From Geobacter sulfurreducens PCA (GTDB lineage: Bacteria; Desulfobacterota; Desulfuromonadia; Geobacterales; Geobacteraceae), in assembly GCF_000007985.2 (NCBI RefSeq), contig NC_002939.5:2520001-2552000 (forward strand): a DNA stretch of 32,000 nt, written 5' to 3'. The notes under the pieces are model-generated. The model was given only the letters and a program-made list of their open reading frames with translations, had not been told where the DNA came from and made no database searches. A program made the translations under genes and the position numbers. Shown in pieces: positions 27,960 through 32,000 of the stretch. Each line of letters opens with the position of its first letter. Positions within the stretch are counted from its first letter, which is position 1.

Positions 27960-29221
27960 GGACTACCGAGCAGACCTGCAGTGGCTATCCCGACGCCGTA
28001 ATCCGGCCGGCCGGCCCCATGGAGCGCCTGGCCCGGTCCCTGTTGCAGAAAAGCCTTGGAGCCATCTCCAGCGGCCACCTGACCCTGCTGGACAGCGGCC
28101 AGCGCATGGAATTCGGCGATTCCCGGTCCGACCTCTCGGCCCTGGTGCGGGTCCACACCCCTTCCTTTTACCGCCGGACCGCCATCGGAGGAACCATCGG
28201 CGCCGCCGAGTCGTACATGGACGGCGAATGGGACTGTGATGACCTGCCGGCCCTGGTGCGGATCATGGTGCGCAACCAGGATGCCCAGGAGCGCCTGGAA
28301 GGAGCGACGGCGAGGCTGATCGCCCCGTTCCGGCGGCTCCTCCACCGGCTGAACGACAACACGCGCCGGGGGAGCCGGCGCAACATCGCCGCCCACTACG
28401 ACCTGGGAAACGACTTCTACCGACTCTTTCTGGATCCCACCATGGCCTACTCCTGCGGCATCTTCGAGCGGAACGACAGCACCATGGAGGAGGCCTCCGT
28501 CGCCAAGTTTGACCGGATCTGCCGCGCGCTCCACCTTCGCCCGGACATGGAGCTTCTTGAAATCGGCACCGGCTGGGGAGGCTTTGCCATCCATGCGGCC
28601 GAGCACTACGGCTGCCGGGTGACGACCACCACCATCTCGCGCCGGCAGTTCTCCCTGGCGGCCGAACGGATCCGGGAGGCCGGCCTGGACGATCGCATCA
28701 CCCTGCTCCAGCGGGACTACCGGGACCTGACCGGAGAGTTCGACCGGCTCGTCTCCATCGAGATGATCGAGGCGGTGGGGCACCGCCACCTCCCCGCCTT
28801 CTTTGCAGTCTGTTGCCGGCGGCTCAAGGCCGACGGCATGGGACTCATCCAGGCCATCACTGTCCCCGACCGGATCTATGACCGCTACCTCAAAACCCCG
28901 GACTTCATCAACCGCTACATTTTCCCCGGTGGGTGCTGTCCGTCGCCGGGGGCCATGGCCCGGGCCGTGGCAGCGGCCACCGACCTGCGCCTGGTCCACC
29001 GGGAGGACCTGACTCCCCACTATGTCCGAACCCTCCAGGAGTGGCGCAGGACCTTCCACAAGCGGCTCGACGCCGTACGGGCCCTGGGCTGCGACGACCG
29101 GTTCATCCGCATGTGGGACTATTATCTCGCCTACTGCGAAGGGGGATTCGCGGAGCGGTTCACCGGCGTGGAACAGGTGGTCTACGCCCGGCCCGGCTGC
29201 ATGGTGGAACCGGGGGTATAG
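27956..29221 (+). CDS. Cyclopropane-fatty-acyl-phospholipid-synthase family protein (UfaO/Cfa-like class)
   Basis: ATGA overlap. NIAAHYDLGNDFYRLFLDPTMAYSCGIF, SAM motif LLEIGTGWGGFA, VSIEMIEAVG and IFPGGCCPS blocks. Confidence 0.9.
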   Translation: MRTTEQTCSGYPDAVIRPAGPMERLARSLLQKSLGAISSGHLTLLDSGQRMEFGDSRSDLSALVRVHTPSFYRRTAIGGTIGAAESYMDGEWDCDDLPALVRIMVRNQDAQERLEGATARLIAPFRRLLHRLNDNTRRGSRRNIAAHYDLGNDFYRLFLDPTMAYSCGIFERNDSTMEEASVAKFDRICRALHLRPDMELLEIGTGWGGFAIHAAEHYGCRVTTTTISRRQFSLAAERIREAGLDDRITLLQRDYRDLTGEFDRLVSIEMIEAVGHRHLPAFFAVCCRRLKADGMGLIQAITVPDRIYDRYLKTPDFINRYIFPGGCCPSPGAMARAVAAATDLRLVHREDLTPHYVRTLQEWRRTFHKRLDAVRALGCDDRFIRMWDYYLAYCEGGFAERFTGVEQVVYARPGCMVEPGV

Positions 29222-29737
29222 GTGGGAAGAAACCTTCTCAATGTGGCCCTCTTCCAGGGGGCCTGGTTCGCGGCGGTGCTGGGGGCAGCCGGGGGGCGGC
29301 ACTGGCTCGGGCCGGCGGCGGTGGCCCTGGTGGTCGCCATCCACCTGGCCCTGACCGATAATCGGCCGGGAGAGACGAAACTCATTCTGACCGCGGGAGT
29401 CCTCGGGTTTTTCTTCGATACCGCCCTCGTTGCCGGCGGGGTCTTTCTACCCTTGGCTTATCTCCTTCCCCGCCCCTTCAGCCCCCTGTGGATGGTGGCA
29501 CTTTGGTTCAACTTCGCCACCACCCTGAACGTCTCCCTGGCATGGCTGCGGAGCAGGTACCTCCTGGCCGCCCTGTTCGGGGCAGTGGGAGGCCCCCTGG
29601 CCTACTACAGCGGTGCCCGGCTCGGGGCCACCGAGGCGCTGCCGACCACCGGGGCCATGCTGATCCTGGCTGCCGGCTGGGGAGTCATGACTCCGCTGCT
29701 GGTCGGGGCGGCAAACTATTTCCGGAGGCAGCCATGA
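29222..29737 (+). CDS. DUF2878-like multi-pass membrane protein
   Basis: The GTG lies immediately after the upstream TAG. 171 aa with 4-5 hydrophobic helices and N-terminal NVALFQGAWFAAVLG. The family call rests on the motif and the usual neighbourhood. Confidence 0.65.
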   Translation: MGRNLLNVALFQGAWFAAVLGAAGGRHWLGPAAVALVVAIHLALTDNRPGETKLILTAGVLGFFFDTALVAGGVFLPLAYLLPRPFSPLWMVALWFNFATTLNVSLAWLRSRYLLAALFGAVGGPLAYYSGARLGATEALPTTGAMLILAAGWGVMTPLLVGAANYFRRQP

Positions 29738-30150
29738 CTCACGGTCTCCTTGTCTTTCTCGCGCTCCTCCCCTTCTTCCTCCTGCTGGACTACCTCTGGC
29801 TCGGCCGCCTCATGCGGGGGTTCTACCTGCGGGAACTGGGGGACCTGGCCCGGAGTGAAGGAGACGCCATCAAACCGCGCCTCCTGGCTGCGGCCGGGGT
29901 CTACCTGGCCCTGCCGGGAGGGATCGTCCTCTTCGCCCTCCCCCGGGTTGACCCGGCCCGTCCGCTGGTCTCGGCCCTCGGCTGGGGATTTCTTTACGGT
30001 CTCGTGGTCTACGGCGTCTATGATCTCACCAACCGCGCCACCCTCAGCGAGTGGCCCCTCAGGATGGCGACCGTCGACATCTGCTGGGGCGGCTTACTCT
30101 GCGCCGTCAGCACCCTGATCGCAGCACTCCTTGACCCCCTTCTCCCCTGA
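29734..30150 (+). CDS. DUF2177-like membrane protein
   Basis: ATGA overlap. 138 aa with four helices, and LLLDYLWLG...YGVYDLTN blocks. Confidence 0.65.
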   Translation: MTHGLLVFLALLPFFLLLDYLWLGRLMRGFYLRELGDLARSEGDAIKPRLLAAAGVYLALPGGIVLFALPRVDPARPLVSALGWGFLYGLVVYGVYDLTNRATLSEWPLRMATVDICWGGLLCAVSTLIAALLDPLLP

Positions 30151-30201
30151 GATGGAATCGTTCCCTTCAGAGCCACGGCTTTGACCTGTAAGCCATAAGC
30201 C

Positions 30202-30230
30202 TTGAGGTCATTACCCCGATGAACTATAGT
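30202..30230 (+). promoter_or_regulatory. Putative sigma70-type promoter (TTGAGG-17 nt-TATAGT)
   Basis: TTGAGG at 30202-30207, a 17-nt spacer and TATAGT at 30225-30230. GAGGAG SD lies before the ATG at 30266. Confidence 0.25.
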
Positions 30231-30265
30231 CAGCAAACCAACATAGGCAATTCAGAGGAGCACCC

Positions 30266-31003
30266 ATGCCGGAAAACCTGATTATTCCATCCGTAGACTT
30301 GAGAATCGGCGCCCTGGAGGAGTACAACCGGCGCCAGAAGGAAAAGGCCCACCATAGGCAGAAGGGCCCGAAACCGCGCCCCTGCATAACGTTGTCGAGG
30401 GAATTCGGCTGCGAAGGGTACCCCGTTGCGGAGAGCCTCCTGAAGCTCATGCCGGAGCAGACCGGCGACCAGTGGGTGCTGGTAGACAAGGATGTGCTGG
30501 ATGAGGTGGCACGGCGCCACCATGTTTCGAGGGAAATTCTGGAGGCCCTGGGGACCAAGAACCGTATCCTCTCCCAGGTTCTGGCCACCTTCTCCGAGCG
30601 CTGGAAGACCGACCACGAATACTTCGAGCTCCTCTGCAGCCACATCGTCTCCCTGGCGGAGCAGGGCAACGTCATCATCGTCGGCCTGGGGGGAGCCATC
30701 ATCACCCACCACCGGGAACACTGCTATGACTTCCGGATCTTCGGCTCCCGAGAGTTCAAGATCGGCTCAATCTGCCAAAGGATGAACCTCCCCCCCGACA
30801 AGGCGGCGGATCTGATCGAAAAGCAGCAGGCCCAGATCGACAATTTCACCCGGGAGTTTCTCTTCGAGGATGAAGCAAACCCCGCCATCTACGACCTTCT
30901 GTTCAACAACGACCGGATGTGCCCGGAAACCATGGCCCGGACCATTGCCGACTACGTCGCGGGCCGCATTGCCGCCGGAACGGCGGATAAACGACACGTC
31001 TGA
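30266..31003 (+). CDS. Cytidylate-kinase-like (Cytidylate_kin2-type) family protein
   Basis: 245 aa with CITLSREFGCEG (degenerate P-loop-like block typical of this family) and NVIIVGLGG. Confidence 0.7.
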   Translation: MPENLIIPSVDLRIGALEEYNRRQKEKAHHRQKGPKPRPCITLSREFGCEGYPVAESLLKLMPEQTGDQWVLVDKDVLDEVARRHHVSREILEALGTKNRILSQVLATFSERWKTDHEYFELLCSHIVSLAEQGNVIIVGLGGAIITHHREHCYDFRIFGSREFKIGSICQRMNLPPDKAADLIEKQQAQIDNFTREFLFEDEANPAIYDLLFNNDRMCPETMARTIADYVAGRIAAGTADKRHV

Positions 31004-31022
31004 ACAGGCTTACTCAATTGTA

Positions 31023-31091
31023 AACAGGTGACGGCCGCCGCGCCACATCGCTCCGCGTTCCGCTTCGTCGGCGTGGTGGCCGTCACCTGTT
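31023..31091. terminator. Long hairpin between convergent genes (likely bidirectional terminator)
   Basis: AACAGGTGACGGCC at 31023-31036 is perfectly complementary to GGCCGTCACCTGTT at 31078-31091. There is partial inner pairing. The hairpin lies between the stops at 31003 (+) and 31113 (-). Confidence 0.5.
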
Positions 31092-31112
31092 CAGGTCATT
31101 CTCCCGCCGACT

Positions 31113-32000
31113 TCACCGGGCCAGCTGCTTCAATACCTGCTGCAGCTTCCGCAACTCCTCGCCGTAGCCGGCCCAGTCCCCCTGCCGCTGCAGGTTGGTG
31201 GCCCGCTCGAAGATGCTCATGGCTTCCCGGGCCAAATCGCCCGTTGAGGCCTTCCCGTCCTCAGGGGCTGCCGCAACGCCGGCAACCGGTGCCCGTTTCC
31301 CGCCGAAGATCCGCTGCAGGGCCAGTTCCAGGCTCTCCTCCATGACCACTTCATCACCGTAGGCAACGATGACCCGCCTCAGTTCAGGCAGCCCCGCCTT
31401 GTCCGCGGCGGCCAGGAACAGGGGCTGCACGTAGAGCAGCGACTGTTCGATGGGGATCACCAGCATGCTCCCCCGGATGACCTGGGAGCCGCGCTGGCTC
31501 CAGAGGGTCAGTTGCTGGGAAATGTGCGAGTCCTGATTGATCCGCGCGTCGATCTGCTTCGGCCCGTAGATCAGGCGGTCCCGGGGGAAGGTGTAGGCCA
31601 GGAGCTTGCCGTAGTTCTCGCCGTCGCAGCGGGCCGTGAGCCAAGCGGCCAGGTTGTCCCGCTTGGAGGGGGTGAAGGGGAGGAGCAGGATGTACTCCTC
31701 CCTGGCTTCTCCCGGCAGCTTCATGACCGTGTAGTAGGGCTCCATGGGCGCTTCGCCCAGTACGGGGATCTCCCAGAGGTTCTCCCGGTTGTAGAAGACC
31801 TTGGGATCGGTCATGTGGTAGGTGGCGAACATGGCCGCCTGGACCTGGAGGAACTGGTGGGGGTAGCGGATGTGCCCCCGCAGGTCGGCCGACATGGCGG
31901 ACAGTGGCTTGAAGAGTCCCGGGAAGATCCGGGCGTAGACCTTGATCATGACGTCGTCCGGATCGCTGATATAGAAGTCCAGGGTGCCGTCGTAGGCGTC
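31113..32000 (-). CDS. UPF0182-family large membrane protein, C-terminal part (gene continues beyond the window)
   Basis: The frame stays open to nt 32000 (DAYDGTLDFYISDPDDVMIKVY...). UPF0182-like blocks: HIRYPHQFLQVQAAMFATYHMTDPKVFYNRE, LPFTPSKRDNLAAWL, LTLWSQRGSQVIRGSMLVIPIE and LYVQPLFL. Confidence 0.8.
   Translation of the reverse strand, partial: DAYDGTLDFYISDPDDVMIKVYARIFPGLFKPLSAMSADLRGHIRYPHQFLQVQAAMFATYHMTDPKVFYNRENLWEIPVLGEAPMEPYYTVMKLPGEAREEYILLLPFTPSKRDNLAAWLTARCDGENYGKLLAYTFPRDRLIYGPKQIDARINQDSHISQQLTLWSQRGSQVIRGSMLVIPIEQSLLYVQPLFLAAADKAGLPELRRVIVAYGDEVVMEESLELALQRIFGGKRAPVAGVAAAPEDGKASTGDLAREAMSIFERATNLQRQGDWAGYGEELRKLQQVLKQLAR

Noticed and set aside
25690-29344. 453-aa (25690..27051) and 465-aa (27947..29344) minus-strand ORFs
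   Set aside because: They are antisense to the FAD oxidoreductase and CMAS-family genes, whose motifs are clear. The composition is a high-GC artefact.

Overview
High-GC (about 60-63% in the coding lines I counted) bacterial chromosomal window, densely coded with 33 supported CDS. I found no rRNA, tRNA, CRISPR array, IS or transposase, or phage genes. The gene content (periplasmic CXXCH haem sensor kinase, REC-GGDEF regulator, NhaA, YeeE/SulP sulfur genes) suggests a Geobacter/Desulfuromonadales-like deltaproteobacterium; this is inference only. All family calls come from motif recognition by eye, with no database search.

Layout:
(1) 10-3024: two paralogous small Cys-rich proteins bracket a HAD(OtsB-like)-nhaA pair.
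(2) 3196-6483: Pal-like lipoprotein, purE, beta-carbonic anhydrase and an ACT-domain malic enzyme.
(3) 6768-11060: a sulfur operon (MBL/persulfide-dioxygenase-like protein fused to rhodanese domains, a split YeeE/YedE pair, SulP) behind a sharply AT-rich island.
(4) 11042-19789, minus strand: a seven-gene array of DUF1499, a CFA-synthase-like methyltransferase, an SLC13/TrkA-C transporter, MscS, PsiE, a haem-c hybrid histidine kinase and REC-GGDEF.
(5) 20042-30150, plus strand: a twelve-gene, heavily overlapping operon. In order: CHI-like, small membrane protein, SRPBCC, DUF1295, PNPOx-like, P-type ATPase, lipocalin, FAD oxidoreductase, DUF1365, CFA-synthase-like, DUF2878, DUF2177.
(6) 30266-32000: a cytidylate-kinase-like protein and a partial UPF0182 gene, convergent on a long hairpin.

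The most interesting candidate is block 5 together with the divergent genes at 18249-19789. It is a largely uncharacterised membrane-lipid modification system that contains all three enzyme classes of the Rhodobacter furan-fatty-acid pathway. It also embeds an atypical P-type ATPase that lacks the canonical TM5/TM6 acidic cation ligands. It has no ECF sigma/ChrR or photolyase partners in the window.

Secondary leads are the PPQVY-x4-VPPQN small-protein family, a three-way-junction leader RNA upstream of the HAD-nhaA pair, and a HAD protein that lacks the nucleophilic Asp.
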